In this document: positions 48,501-61,099 of the stretch, piece after piece
How positions within the stretch are numbered: position 1 is the stretch's first letter
Layout of the letters: the number at the start of each line of letters is the position of its first letter
Source: Dendrobates tinctorius
Lineage: Eukaryota
Length of the DNA stretch: 64,000 nt
Direction of reading: 5' to 3'
Assembly: GCF_039654945.1 (NCBI RefSeq)
Contig: NW_027361937.1
Coordinates: 8,308,001-8,372,000, forward strand
Position numbers and translations under genes: made by a program
The notes under the pieces: generated by a model
The model's input: only the letters and a program-made list of their open reading frames with translations
The model's database searches: none
Told to the model about the DNA's origin: nothing

Positions 48501-51500
48501 TGGTATTTTCGGAAATACTTCCTGTACCACGTGCCACGCTAGAGAGGCAACGGGAGATTAGGGAGGTTAATAAGTGGCTCAGGAATTGGTGTAGGAAGGA
48601 GGGGTTTGGGTTCCTGCAGAACTGGGCCAACTTCTCAGTTGGCTACAGGTTCTACGCTAGGGACGGGCTGCACCTCAATGGGGAGGGTGCAGCTGTGCTG
48701 GGGGGAGAAAATGGCTAGAAGGTTGGAGGAGTGTTTAAACTAGGGACGGGGGGGAGGGTATTCCTTTTATAGGAGGGGAAGACAGTGCAGCTAGAGACCT
48801 GGGCACAAATAATGACATTGGGGGTGGGGGTGGCATGGGGGGTGGGGTTAGAACAGTTAATAATTTAAGAAAGAATAGAGGTACAGAGAGATACATAAAG
48901 TGCATGTATACTAATGCCAGAAGCCTTGCCAACAAAATGGAGGAATTGGAGTTAATGTTGTTGGAACATAATTATGACATGGTGGGGATATCTGAGACAT
49001 GGCTGGACGAGAGCCACGACTGGGCGGTTAATTTACAGGGCTATAGTCTGTTCAGAAATGACCGAACAAATAAGCGAGGGGGAGGCGTGTGTTTATATGT
49101 AAAATCATCCTTAAAACCCATCCTTCGTGATAATATATATGAATCTAATGAAAATGTAGAGTCCCTGTGGGTAGAGATAAGGGGAGGGGGGAAAAATAAT
49201 AAATTACTGATAGGGGTTTGTTATAAGTCTCCAAAAATAATGGAAGCAACAGAGAATATCCTCATAAAGCAAATAGATGAAGCTGCGACTCAAGGAGAAG
49301 TCATTATTATGGGGGACTTCAACTACCCTGAAATACATTGGGGAACAGAAACCTGCAGTTCCAGCAAAGGTAATGGGTTTTTGACAACTATGAGAGACAA
49401 TTACCTTTCACAACTGGTTCAGGACCCAACAAGAGGGGGGGCACTGCTAGACCTAATATTAACCAACAGGCCAGACCGCATATCAAATGTAAGGGTTGGG
49501 GGTCACTTGGGTAACAGTGATCACAAATTAATAAGTTTTCATGTATCCTTTAATAAGAAGTGTAGTAGAGGGGTTACAAGGACACTAAACTTCAGGAAAG
49601 CAAATTTCCAACGGATGAGAGATGATATTGGTGGAATTAACTGGGATGATCTCCTGAGACTTAAAAATACACAAAGAAAATGGGAGACATTTATTAGCAT
49701 CCTGAATAGGACCTGTGCACAATATATACCGTATGGGAATAAACATGTGAGAAATAGGAAGAAACCACTATGGCTAAATAGAGCTGTAAGGGGCGCAATA
49801 AGGGACAAAAATAAAGCATTTAGCGAATTAAAGCAAATAGGTAGTGATGAGGCATTAACTAAATACAGAAGATTAAATAAATTCTGTAAAAAGCAAATCA
49901 AGACAGCAAAGATTGAGACAGAGAGACTCATTGCCAGAGAAAGTAAAAATAATCCCAAAATATTCTTTAACTACATAAATAGTAAGAAACTAAAAAATGA
50001 TAGTGTTGGCTCCCTTAAAAATAGTCTGGGTGAAATGGTGGATGAGGATGAGGAAAAAGCCAATATGCTAAATTACTTTTTTTCAACAGTGTTTACACAA
50101 GAAAATCCCATGACGGATAACATGATCAGGGATAAAAATTCTCTGTTAAATGTCACCTGCTTAACCCAGCAGGAAGTACGGCGGCATCTAAAAATCACTA
50201 AAATTGACAAATCCCCGGGCCCGGATGGGATACACCCCCGAGTACTGCAGGAATTAAGCACAGTCATAGATAGACCATTATTTTTAATCTTTAAAGATTC
50301 CATAATAACAGGGTCTGTACCACAGGACTGGCGTATAGCAAATGTGGTGCCGATATTCAAAAAGGGGACAAAAACTGAACTTGGAAATTATAGGCCAGTA
50401 AGTTTAACCTCAACTGTGGGTAAAATCCTGGAGGGTTTTCTAAAAGATAATATACTGGAGTATCTGGAGAAGAATAACCTCATGACCCAATATCAACATG
50501 TGTTTACAAGGGACCGTTCCTGTCAGACTAATCTGATAAGCTTTTATGAAGAGGTAAGTTCCGGACTGGACCAAGGGAATGCAGTGGATGTGGTGTACGT
50601 GGACTTTTCAAAAGCTTTTGATACGGTGCCACACAAAAGGTTGATACATAAAATGAGAACAATGGGGATAGGGGAAAATATGTGTAGGTGGGTTAAGAGC
50701 TGGCTCAGGGATAGGAAACAAAGGGTGGTTATTAATGGAGCACACTCAGACTGGGTCACGGTTAGCAGTGGGGTACCACAGGGGTCAGTTTTGGGCCCGC
50801 TTCTTTTTAACATATTTATTAATGACCTTGTAGGGGGCATAGAGAGTAGAATTTCAATATTTGCAGATGACACTAAACTCTGCAGGGTAATCAATACAGA
50901 GGAGGACAATTTTATATTACAGGAGGATTTATGTAAACTAGAAGCTTGGGCTGATAAATGGCAAATGAGCTTTAATGGGGATAAATGTAAGGTCATGCAC
51001 TTGGGTAGAACGAACAAGATGTATAATTATGTGCTTAATTGTAAAACACTGGGCAAAACAGTCACTGAAAAAGACCTGGGTGTATGGGTGGACGACAAAC
51101 TCACATTTAGCGGCCAGTGTCAGGCAGCTGCTGCAAAGGCAAATAAAATAATGGGATGCATTAAAAGAGGCATAGATGCTCATGAGGAGAACATAATTTT
51201 ACCTCTATATAAGTCACTAGTGCGACCACACTTAGAATACTGTGTACAGTTCTGGTCTCTGGTGTATAAGAAAGACATAGCTGAACTGGAGCGGGTGCAG
51301 AGAAGAGCGACCAAGGTTATTAGGGAACTAGGGGGTCTGCAATACCAAGACAGGTTATTACATTTGGGGTTATTTAGTTTGGAGAATCGAAGGCTTAGGG
51401 GTGATCTTATTACAATGTATAAATATATGCGGGGACAATACCAAGAGCTTTCTAATGATCTTTTTACTCTTAGACCTGTGACGGGGACAAGGGGGCATCC

Positions 51501-51905
51501 TCTACGTCTGGAGGAAAGAAGGTTTAAGCATACTCACAGACGCGGATTCTTTACTGTAAGAGCAGTGAGACTATGGAACTCTCTGCCATATGATGTTGTA
51601 ATGAGTGATTCCCTACTAAAATTTAAGAATGGACTGGATGCCTTTCTTGAAAAGTATAATATTACAGGGTATATACACTAGTTTCCTTAATATTGCGTTG
51701 ATCCAGGGAGCAAGTCTGATTGCCGTATGTGGAGTCAGGAAGGAATTTTTTTCCCCAATGTGAAGCTTACTTGTTGCCACATGGGGTTTTTTTGCCTTCC
51801 TCTGGATCAACATGTTAGGGCAAGTTAGGATAGGATATGGGTTGAACTAGATGGACTTAAAGTCTCCCTTCAACCTTAATACCTATGTTACTATGTTACT
51901 ATGTT
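48501..51905 (+). mobile_element. CR1 LINE, 5'-truncated within ORF1
   Basis: ORF1 esterase-like end (DGLHLN), full ORF2, (ATGTTACT)n tail, 7-bp TSD acatttg at 48494-48500 and 51906-51912. Confidence 0.93.
48835..51681 (+). CDS. CR1 ORF2: APE endonuclease plus reverse transcriptase, uninterrupted
   Basis: YTNARS, ETW, GDFN, SDH, NYRPVSLTS, DFSKAFD, QGSVLGP, FADD. True start may be the ATG at 48904. Confidence 0.93.
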   Translation: MGGGVRTVNNLRKNRGTERYIKCMYTNARSLANKMEELELMLLEHNYDMVGISETWLDESHDWAVNLQGYSLFRNDRTNKRGGGVCLYVKSSLKPILRDNIYESNENVESLWVEIRGGGKNNKLLIGVCYKSPKIMEATENILIKQIDEAATQGEVIIMGDFNYPEIHWGTETCSSSKGNGFLTTMRDNYLSQLVQDPTRGGALLDLILTNRPDRISNVRVGGHLGNSDHKLISFHVSFNKKCSRGVTRTLNFRKANFQRMRDDIGGINWDDLLRLKNTQRKWETFISILNRTCAQYIPYGNKHVRNRKKPLWLNRAVRGAIRDKNKAFSELKQIGSDEALTKYRRLNKFCKKQIKTAKIETERLIARESKNNPKIFFNYINSKKLKNDSVGSLKNSLGEMVDEDEEKANMLNYFFSTVFTQENPMTDNMIRDKNSLLNVTCLTQQEVRRHLKITKIDKSPGPDGIHPRVLQELSTVIDRPLFLIFKDSIITGSVPQDWRIANVVPIFKKGTKTELGNYRPVSLTSTVGKILEGFLKDNILEYLEKNNLMTQYQHVFTRDRSCQTNLISFYEEVSSGLDQGNAVDVVYVDFSKAFDTVPHKRLIHKMRTMGIGENMCRWVKSWLRDRKQRVVINGAHSDWVTVSSGVPQGSVLGPLLFNIFINDLVGGIESRISIFADDTKLCRVINTEEDNFILQEDLCKLEAWADKWQMSFNGDKCKVMHLGRTNKMYNYVLNCKTLGKTVTEKDLGVWVDDKLTFSGQCQAAAAKANKIMGCIKRGIDAHEENIILPLYKSLVRPHLEYCVQFWSLVYKKDIAELERVQRRATKVIRELGGLQYQDRLLHLGLFSLENRRLRGDLITMYKYMRGQYQELSNDLFTLRPVTGTRGHPLRLEERRFKHTHRRGFFTVRAVRLWNSLPYDVVMSDSLLKFKNGLDAFLEKYNITGYIH

Positions 51906-52207
51906 ACATTTGAATAACATGACGGTCATCCCGGTCAGTGGAGAATCGTTTTCGCCCTCTGTCCGTCTGTAGCTTTGTTGTCCCCAATCTCTGCTGCTTG
52001 ACCTTGTTGTAATGGACTGCCGTCTTAGAAATTTTAAGGATGGAGGCAACATGACGCTCACTGTATCCCTCTGCTAGTAAAACCAGAATTGAGCCCTTCT
52101 TTTCCTCCCTCAAGACTTTTGTTTTCAACTTCTTTGGCATGGTTAAGTTATTTTTTCATTCCTATTACTTTTGGGATATTACTAGCACTTGTTTTGCCAT
52201 CCAGCTG

Positions 52208-52579
52208 TTGAGGACAAAGCAAAGTACTGCAGTGTGCAGGTGCTGGGAAAGGTCAGGGAGGCCCAGCGCCTACACACTGCAGTACTTTGCTCTGCCCTCA
52301 ACAGGGCAGAGAAGCATGCCTGCTCAGGAGCACGATGCCCGGGAGCCATGAAGCAAGCAGGAGGGCAGCATCGCAAGAAGATGGAAGGCCCCGGACCTGC
52401 GACACACATCGGACCGGACTGCATCGGACCGCCCCCCCGGGTGAGTATAATAAAACTTATTTTTCTTATCTTGCAGGTCGGGTCGAGGGCTAATCTACAG
52501 CATTATAGAATGCTGTAGATAAGCTCTAAAAGGCGGTGGCCGCATCTAATAGCATCCAAAACAGCTGACAGGTTCCCTT
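52208..52579. mobile_element. Right half of a Kolobok/T2-like MITE
   Basis: Ends tgacaggttccct|ttaa, like 2679-3236; internal hairpin gcaaagtactgcagtgtg/cacactgcagtactttgc. Confidence 0.6.
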
Positions 52580-53233
52580 TAAGGGCATTGTGTCGGGATG
52601 TGCTGCAGATACAAGCTACAGGCATGAAATCTTATCATGGCATCTGTGTTTCATGGAGACAAAAGGTAGGGGAATGACTTTAATCAGAAAAGATGACACT
52701 TATAAGATACCTGGATGTGAATATTTTTTATGATACTGAATACGCTTCATTAGTGCTGTGGTTCCAGCATGGACTGCAGTCTGATGATGGCTGGTCACAA
52801 CAACCCCCAGCATCTCCTTACCATTGTTAAGGACATTGTAGTGCAGCAGTAGCACACTATGCAGTGATGAGACAGTGACCCAGCAAAGTTCAAAGCAAAA
52901 CTTCTCTTTAATGTTCAACTCAGCAAAACACAACACACAATATCCTTCAGATCGTAGCCGGGAAACATATCCTCTGGATTACAGTCCTCCTCTGACCGCT
53001 TGCAGTGGGTTACTGCATTGCTGTGTTAATGTGCTTCTCACAGCTTTACACAGTACTCGATATCCTTCGGTTTACAGTCACTAAACACGCCAGTCCTCCT
53101 CTGGGCACAGGACAGTCTACCTCCGGTTCACCGCCGGGCACAAGACAGTCCATCTCTGAGACCAGTTGCCGTGGGCGACTGCACCGCTGTGTACGCTGTG
53201 TACACTGTGGGTTCTAGGCCCCTGAGCAGCCTT

Positions 53234-53554
53234 TGGGGCAGGGGCAGCTGTGCTGGGGCAGCTGTGGCAGGGGCAGCTGTGCTGGGGCAGGGGCAGCTGT
53301 GCTGGGGCAGTGGCAGCTGTGCTGGGGCAGTTGTGCTGGGGCAGGGGCAGCTGTGCTGGGGCAGGGGCAGCTGTGCTGGGGAAGGTGTGCTGGGGCAGGG
53401 GCAGCTGTGCTGGGGCAGGTGGGCTGGGGCAGGGGCAGCTGTGCTGGGGCAGCTGTGGCCAGGGCAGCTGTGCTGGGGCAGGGGCAGCTGTGCTGGGGCA
53501 GTTGTGCTGGGGCAGGGGCAGCTGGGGCAGGGGCAGCTGTGCTGGGGCAGGTGG
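53234..53554 (+). repeat. G-rich minisatellite (GGGGCA / GCTGTGCT units)
   Basis: Roughly 25 GGGG runs in 320 bp. Confidence 0.92.
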
Positions 53555-54107
53555 GCTCTGCGGTGCGGTGGTGGCAGCGGGCTGTGCTCCGGTGCAGGGG
53601 CGGCGGCTCCGCCGGTGTTTCTTCGCAGCCCGGAGGCCCCCGCACACCCCTTGCTGGGCGCCGCCATGCTGCGGTGGCCTCCGGGAGCATGGACGCCAGC
53701 AAGATGGCCGCCGGACCGGGGACGGCGCATGCGCAGCTTCAGATCTCGTCCCCCGAGATCTCGGGACGAGATCTGAAGCTGCGCATGCACCGTCCCCGGT
53801 CCGGCGGCCATCTTGCCGGCGTCCATGCTCCCGGAGGCCACCGCAGCATGGCGGCGCCCAGCAAGGGGTGTGCGGGGGCCTCCGGGCTGCGAAGAAACGC
53901 TGGCGGAGCCGCCGCCCCTGCACCGGAGCACAGCCCGCTGCCAACACCGCACCGCAGAGCACCACCCGCTGCCACCATCGCACCGCAGAGCCTCGCCCGC
54001 TGCCACCAGCGCACCAGGTACCGTGCATTGCAACCATAAGACGCACCCCCCACTTTCCCCCAAAATTTTTGGGGAAAAAAGTGCGTCTTATGGTCTGAAA
54101 AATACGG
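53555..54107. mobile_element. Non-autonomous TcMar (pogo/Tc2-like) end containing a ~400-bp palindrome
   Basis: Arms 53555-53752 and 53763-53960 centred on gagatctc; terminus gtgcgtcttatggtctgaaaaatacgg|ta. Confidence 0.65.
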
Positions 54108-56027
54108 TATGTTTTGACACTTTCTGGTACTGCATTTATGTACTGATGGTATTTCTGGTGCTGTATTCATGTACTTATGGTGTTTCTTTTGCTACATTCA
54201 TTTATTGACAGTGGTTCTGGTGCTGCATTTGTATAATGATGGTGGTTCTGATGCTGAATTTATGTACTATTGGTGGTTCTGGCTGGCGCTACACTCATGT
54301 TCTGACAGTGATTCTGATCTTGTACACATGTAGCAATCCATAGCAAGCTTCATGGCTAAGTTAAAACTTAAAAAGTGTCAAAGGAGGATTTGGCAAGTTT
54401 CTGCTCTAAAAAACTCAGATTAAGTTAGCGTGTGTTCACACTGATGTTTTTGGAACAGAAACTGAGCAGAAGCTCTCCAAATCCTACTCAAAATTTGGTT
54501 TCGGTGATGTATTAATGCACTTATGGTGGCTTTGGTGATGTGCTAACTCTTTAAAAAAAATTGAGGCGTTGGAATAGGTTCAGTATGGCAATGTGGCCCT
54601 TGGATCAAAAAAATTTTTATGCACTCCTGCTATGTATCCTTTTTTTTCCAATTTACATATCTTCCAATTTCATATATTTAAATATTTATTATTTTTTATT
54701 CCCTCTTTTATATTTATTATTATTCATGATCTACAACTATTTACTATTTTTCACTATTTCCCATTCACTCTAGTATTTCATTCATTCTTTTCTTTTACTT
54801 TTTCACACACTTTCACACTTTCTTCCTTCATTGTGTTATTCTTTTCTTTTCTTGTCCTTTTTTCCTCTGTTTTGTTGTGCATTGGTCTGTCCATTCTATT
54901 AGACGTTCTTTGTTATCCACTATGTACAGCCCCACTGACACTATGGTCACATAACTACTACATCGGGCTTTTACATTGGCTCTGAGCAGCACATCCACAT
55001 TTATGCTTCCCAGTGGTATGATGTGATATCACGCGCACAGCAACATGATCAGCAGATACTCCTTCGACCCATTGCACATGCACCAGTGTTCGTCCCTTGA
55101 CATATTAGTTTCTGTCATGAGGAAGGTAATCATTTCTAAATATCAACTATATGATGGTGTATGTATATGTACACTTTTGATTGGCCACTCATGTTCTAAA
55201 TACCTGGTCAATACTAGAGGCAAATCTAGGTTTTCAAGGGAAAAAATTCAATTTGACACTCCCCTCCTAAACACAGTTTATTCAGTTCAAGTAGTCGTCA
55301 TTTGACCATTCATATGCGATTTGCACACACTGATGTACAGATTATCTTTTCTTTCTGATTCTCTCAATATTCAGTGATAAACCACAGCCCCTACTTCACT
55401 GGGAGGAGGAAGAGACAAATACTTTATTAACTTGTATGTATTGCATGCTGTGTATTATGTTATCTGACATGTAATGGATTGCTACATGTATACAAGATCA
55501 GTTCCAATAACTGTACAGGAATACAGCACCAGAACCATAATCAGTGTAGAACTACATCACCAGAATCTCCATTAGTTCAGTAACACATAATCAGAACGAC
55601 CATCAATACAGAAATACATTACCAGAAACACCATCATTCTTTACTTCCTAAGCTCACACGATTCCATCTCAGTTAGTTCCTCTGCCTTCACCACAACTCA
55701 TCAGAGTACTTCGGGAGCATCATTTGTCCAAAATAACAACACTAGAGCTCAGTAAGCGAGAGTCCTAATTCTCAACCCTTGGTTCCACTTCCTTTTCCCC
55801 TTGAGCTCCATTTGCCTCTATAGTCTTTACTTAGCTTCACTGCTTGCCAACGCCTTGAAACCATCGCCCAGGACACTATTTTCATCTCATGTTTCCTGCT
55901 CTGTTCCATTAATTACCGAATCTCTCACACCTTCTATGACTTTCACTTGCTTCTTTCCTGGATCTCGCTATCCGTTCTCTCGGTCTCCACTAACTCCAGG
56001 GACACTCACATCATGCGACTCTGCTTA

Positions 56028-56210
56028 GGCCTGTTTCTCACATCAGTTTTTTCACATCAGATCCGTACAAAAATCCATATAGCGGATCCGTCAAAACACG
56101 GATCCGTACCATCCTCTTGCATCCGTTTTTTCACATTTTTAGCGGATCCGCCATTTTCACTTTTTGGCGGATTTTGACTGATTTGAAAAAACTGATGTGT
56201 GAAACAGGCC
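56028..56210. mobile_element. Small Harbinger-like MITE
   Basis: TTA|ggcctgtttctcacatcagttttt...aaaaactgatgtgtgaaacaggcc|TTA. Confidence 0.8.
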
Positions 56211-57818
56211 TTACTTAACAGACCGTAGGTCAGCTTCTGCTACAGGCTGGGCACTATCTAACTTCTTGACAGGAAACTGTCTCTGTCCCTTCACTTTAGC
56301 GCCTCCCACTCTGGGCTAGTCCCAGTCATTAACCTTAACTTTCCCAACTGTCGGACAAACCACAACACCATCACTAATAACGCATGTCACAATACACATG
56401 ACAACAACCCATGTGTCTTCAAGGGGCAACTTGGACAGCATGTCAACCTCCTTACAGGCGCCCCTGTTGAGTTCTCCAATTTACACTAATAAACATGTAT
56501 CTTAAATTTCTGTTTTCAATGCAGATTATCAGTGGATCCATGACAAAATCCAGAAAAGAAAATTTGTATTTGTGAACGTACTCTAAAGGTGAGTTTTTCT
56601 GGACTGCGACATGAACAGAATACAAGTGGAGACACTGGGAAGCAAAACCATGGGCAAATATTATGGATCCATATAATACATTTCCATAATATATTTATAT
56701 TATTGTATTGTGGTTACTCCGCAGTGGATTCAAACTGCTTAGATGGAACAAAATCAATATATCCACCATCTAATGTTTTCTTGGTAACCAGAGATGATGA
56801 CCGATCACATGGGATCATTACCAGGTTGCAGAGTTAATGTATCTACTGACGTCATCACTCTAAAAACATACATTCAGTGGGGAAATTGCATCAAATCTGT
56901 TATAAAGGAAAGTGAAGCAATTGCCCATAGCTATAGTTTTCCACTTTGCCCTTTGTCCTGTTTTGTTCCTAGTTACTTGTATATTTTTGTGCAGGATCAT
57001 ACACGTATAAATATGGCAGCATGCCCCATTGAGTTCAAAGGTTTAATAAGGAGTAACCGAGTCTAATGTTTAGCAGGCAATTGTGAAATAACCAAAATTG
57101 GCTCCACATAGAAAATATATTGATTTTATAAGCAGGCGAGTTGACTTTTATTAATATACTTTTAATACACTTAAAATATTTCAAATTACTCAACAAAAAA
57201 GATAATTATGATAAACTAGAATATTTCCTCTACGTAACTAATTACAGAAAAATTCCCTCTATCGGTATTGATCTTCCATTTCCATGTGGGGATGACGCTT
57301 GACCTGAAATGCCACATTATGAAATAATACTTTTCAGAATGGCCTCATTCGTCATGATTAGGTGTTCTGCCCAAACAACCCTAGTGTACGTCCTGGCCAT
57401 GTCCTACATGAGTGGTCATTGATTATATCTTGGTGTTACTCTAGGAGTAATGAGCCTTGTATTCAATTACTTTTTATTTACTTGCACACCAACAGATAAA
57501 TCGATTTTCTTGGATCCATTTATCACAGTCTCACAAGACTGATCTCTGAATACAATTCTCCCACAATAATTTAGATGTGTGTGTATGTGAAAAAAAATGA
57601 ATTTAGATTATTTTCAGCATATCAGAGTGGTGACAGCTCCAAAAATGAAAGTTCATAGAAGAAAAAGCAGAGCTGTCGAAAGAATACTGTAGTTTAAGTC
57701 TTCCTAAAATCACATTAAAAAATCATTCTTGCCATTTGTATTTATTGACAGTATCACGGGACATTTTTTCATATATGAACCCAGATGGATATGGATCCAC
57801 AAGTAAATAGGAAATTAA

Positions 57819-58127
57819 AGGGAACCTATCAGCTCATTCCTGCTAATCACAAAAATACTTTGGCACTCAAATTTCAAAACAAAAAAAATATTTTACTCAG
57901 TGACCCATGTGAAAGACAGATAAATGCAGAAATCCAACATTTCAGCCATATAAGGCCTTTTCCAAGATATAGCTGTCAATGTAGAGGTCCATGGTCCCTG
58001 TTGTACGACTACAAAAGATGTGGGAAGTGACTTGGAACGTTGGATTTCTGCATTTATTTGTCTTTCACATGGGTCGCTGAATAAAATTGTCTTTGTTTTG
58101 AAATTTGAGTGCCAAAGTATTTTTTTT
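57819..58127. mobile_element. Palindromic MITE (Kolobok/T2-like), right terminus lost
   Basis: ttaa|agggaacc start; ~90-bp inverted arms. Confidence 0.6.
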
Positions 58128-58223
58128 AATATAGAGAGACAACACCTTACTTCTGATAAAAGGCAAATGGACACGGTCAAAGGAGAGCTGAGGATCCAAA
58201 GGTGAAAATTAATATACTTTATT

Positions 58224-58265
58224 CCACTACACGTTTCGATGGACAACGCCGTCTTCATCAGGTGG
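58224..58265 (-). ncRNA. Minimal type I hammerhead ribozyme motif (Penelope-type)
   Basis: CCAC-CUGAUGA-A-GACGG-cguugu-CCAUC-GAAAC-GU-GUA-GUGG followed directly by AAUAAA. Confidence 0.7.
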
Positions 58266-58411
58266 CAATGTGATTATGACCACAGGAAGAGGTATTTAAA
58301 GCTCACATAGCCAATGGGATAACATGAACAATCTACCAATGACAATCAATATAACAAAATTATATAAAATAAAGTCAGAAGAATAAAAAGAGAATAAAAA
58401 TGAGTAATATA

Positions 58412-58984
58412 CAGTACAGACCAAAACTTTGGACACACCTTCTCATTCAAAGAGTTTTCTTTATTTTTATGACTATGAAAATTGTAGATTCACTCTGAAG
58501 GCATGAAGGCATCAAAACTAATGATGGCCACTCGTTTTTCTTTACTTAGCTGCTTTTTTCTTGCCATAATACAAATTCTAACAGTCTATTCAGTAGGGAC
58601 TATCAGCTCTGTATCCACCAGACTTCTACACAACACAACTGATGGTCCCAACCCCATTTTTAAGGCAAGAAATCCCACTTATTAAATCTGACAGGGAACA
58701 CCTGTGAAGTGAAAACCATTTCTGGTGACTACCTCTTGAAGCTCATCAACAGAATGCCAAGAGTGTGCAAAGCAGTAATCAAAGCCAAAGGTGGCTACTT
58801 TGAAGAACCTAGAATATGACATGCAGTATTTTCAGTTGTTTTACACTTTTTTCTTAATTATATAATTCCACATGTGTTAATTCATAGTTTTGATGCCTTC
58901 AGAGTGAATCTACAATTTTCACAGTCATGAAAATAAAGAAAACTCTTTGAATGAGGCGGTGTATCCAAATTTTGGTCTGTACTG
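58412..58984. mobile_element. Non-autonomous Tc1 derivative
   Basis: TA|cagtacagaccaaaa..ttttggtctgtactg|TA, ~95-bp TIRs. Confidence 0.8.
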
Positions 58985-60498
58985 TATATGGTGAATAAAA
59001 ACAATTAAAACATAGTAGATTAAAACTTAAAAGTAGAAATAAAAATAAATATAAAATGAAACTACCAATGATATTATTTTGCCACATTTTCAATAGCGAG
59101 GTTCAAGCTTTCAGGAGCTATAATAATATATATTAAATTAAATTAAATATATTAATTTTCCCCTTTGGTTTCTCAGCTCTCCTTTGTCCATGTTCATTTG
59201 CCTTTTATCTACTATTTCCCTCATCTGAGGGCACACGGCTGGAGCTGCAGCAGACCCACCATCCCAACTACCTAATCATTGCTTCTGGCTGATTCATAAC
59301 GCTCCCTGGAGACCGCTACTTCATCTCTTCTTAAAATCTTACTTCTGAGCACCTCTTCAAATTTTGAAATTTTGCAGTGGAGCAAAACCTTTATTTCCCA
59401 GTTAATTCCTGTTGTTGCTTGAACCATCGGGACCAAGAATCGGTATCCTGCTCTCCTGCATGCTACACATCTAATTTTTACTTTCAAAGGCGTTTGAAAG
59501 TGAGAAAAGATGAAAGCACGGCCTGGACCAAGGTGACTACTCCAAGAGGCATGTCCACAACTGCTTCCCCATTCCCACTCCCACGACAGACAGATATCCT
59601 CCTACGCACACATAGAGAAAGATCAAGTTATGTATTCACAACTGATTTGCTACGTTTCTAGAACTATGAACTCATCAAAGAACAGTAAAGAACTCAAGGC
59701 TGGTCTTAGGAGTGTGATTTCAATATTTCTTCAAAACACCTCTATCCAGCAGTTTGTTCCATAAAAAACATCTTTTTTCATTACAATCTATTAAAATTAT
59801 ACTTGAAACAGACAGAAAAAAACAACAGCGGCATTTCAGAGATCAAAACCTGCGTGTTTCAAACAAGATTGTTCTTTGTCATGATATGAACTCAGTTCCA
59901 GTTTTACCCCCTGAATTTAAATTCATATTGATACTCTAAAAATGCTGCCCAACATTTCTTCATTTCTAGATAGAGAAAAATCCGATTCTCATATATATGC
60001 ATAATAAATATTAGCGGCAGGGACTGGGATAATGTTACTAACCCGCTTATTCAGTTTGTTCCTCAAACTGAAACCAAATAAGCAAATACTCAATAATGGT
60101 GGTACTATCAATTAAGGTATTCAATACACATAAAGTAAAACACTGTTATAGGTCATAGCAAAGGGCAGCCTGGTAGCTGGATGTAATGTCCTGTGTGCCT
60201 CCCTAGTTAAAGTACACCTTGTCCGATTGCCTCCTCTGATTGGTCTTTTAACTTTCTCATTTGCCAAAAATCTCAATAAATTTCAATTTGCCATCAGTTG
60301 TCTTGATGAAATATTTCAGCACTTCTAATGATTTGGTGTTTTTCTTCCATATATTGTACAAGTGATTTTAAATACGGACTTTTAGATTTCTTGTTATTCA
60401 CTCTACAAGCAGTTGTAGCTGAAAGCTTTGAGAATAACAAAAATTTGGGTTTTCACAAAGTTTGCTGTTTAAGTTTTTATAGTGGCAATTTGCATTAA

Positions 60499-60977
60499 AG
60501 CCCCCATTACACACGGCGAGATCGCTAGCGATATCGCTGAAGCGACAACGATTTTGTGACGCAACAGCGACATCGCTAGCGATCTCGCTAAGTGTGACAC
60601 GCGGAAACGACCGGCTCCCTGCTGCGATGTCGCTGATCGTGCGCGAACGTTCAGGATCATTTTTGATCGCTGGCGTCACGCTGACCAGCATGCATCGCTG
60701 TGTTTGACGCCCCATATCAACGACGAGCGACCTCGTTGGCGACTCCGAACTCATATAGATAGTGCTGAAGGACGCTTATTCAAAGTCTGAATCGCTATTA
60801 TAGACAGTGTGTGACACGGTACCAACGATCGCCGTGGTCGTTAGTGACATCGCTGATCGCTGATGCGTCGTTATGAAGATCGGCCTGTATGACTGCTTAC
60901 TAGCGATGCACAAACAATCTTAGCCAGATCGTATCGTTGTCGGAATCGTTGGTGTGTCGCTACGTGTAACGGTACCC
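60499..60977. mobile_element. PIF/Harbinger-like MITE, copy 3
   Basis: TAA flanks; homologous to 6292-6681 and 31315-31708. Confidence 0.72.
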
Positions 60978-61099
60978 TAACTCTAGATAGCTGTGAAGAG
61001 TGAATTGCATAAAAATACAAAGTCATTCCTTGCTATAAAAATTAACTTAATCGCCAAAACTTAATTTCCACTGAATTTCAGCTGTGTCATAAAATCGCA

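Larger units (their letters stand above)
43328..52207 (-). mobile_element. Decayed DD34E Tc1 in three pieces (43328-44137, 48222-48500, 51906-52207)
   Basis: TA|cagttctggcaaaaattaagagacc end; MPKKLKTK.. start at 52140; [21 protein letters not shown]; second catalytic D mutated to G; pieces rejoin across two TSDs. Confidence 0.85.

Noticed and set aside
53117-54208. Cluster of long overlapping ORFs on both strands
   Set aside because: Produced by a GC-rich minisatellite and palindrome that lack stop codons.
56525-56588. Candidate host exon (ttttcaatgcag|...|gtgagt), reading DYQWIHDKIQKRKFVFVNVL-stop
   Set aside because: Good splice sites but stops in all three frames and no recognisable protein; needs RNA-seq.
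59272-59603. Non-repetitive stretch with an acceptor-like site and ~110 open codons on the minus strand
   Set aside because: No recognisable motif or family; cannot be supported as coding.
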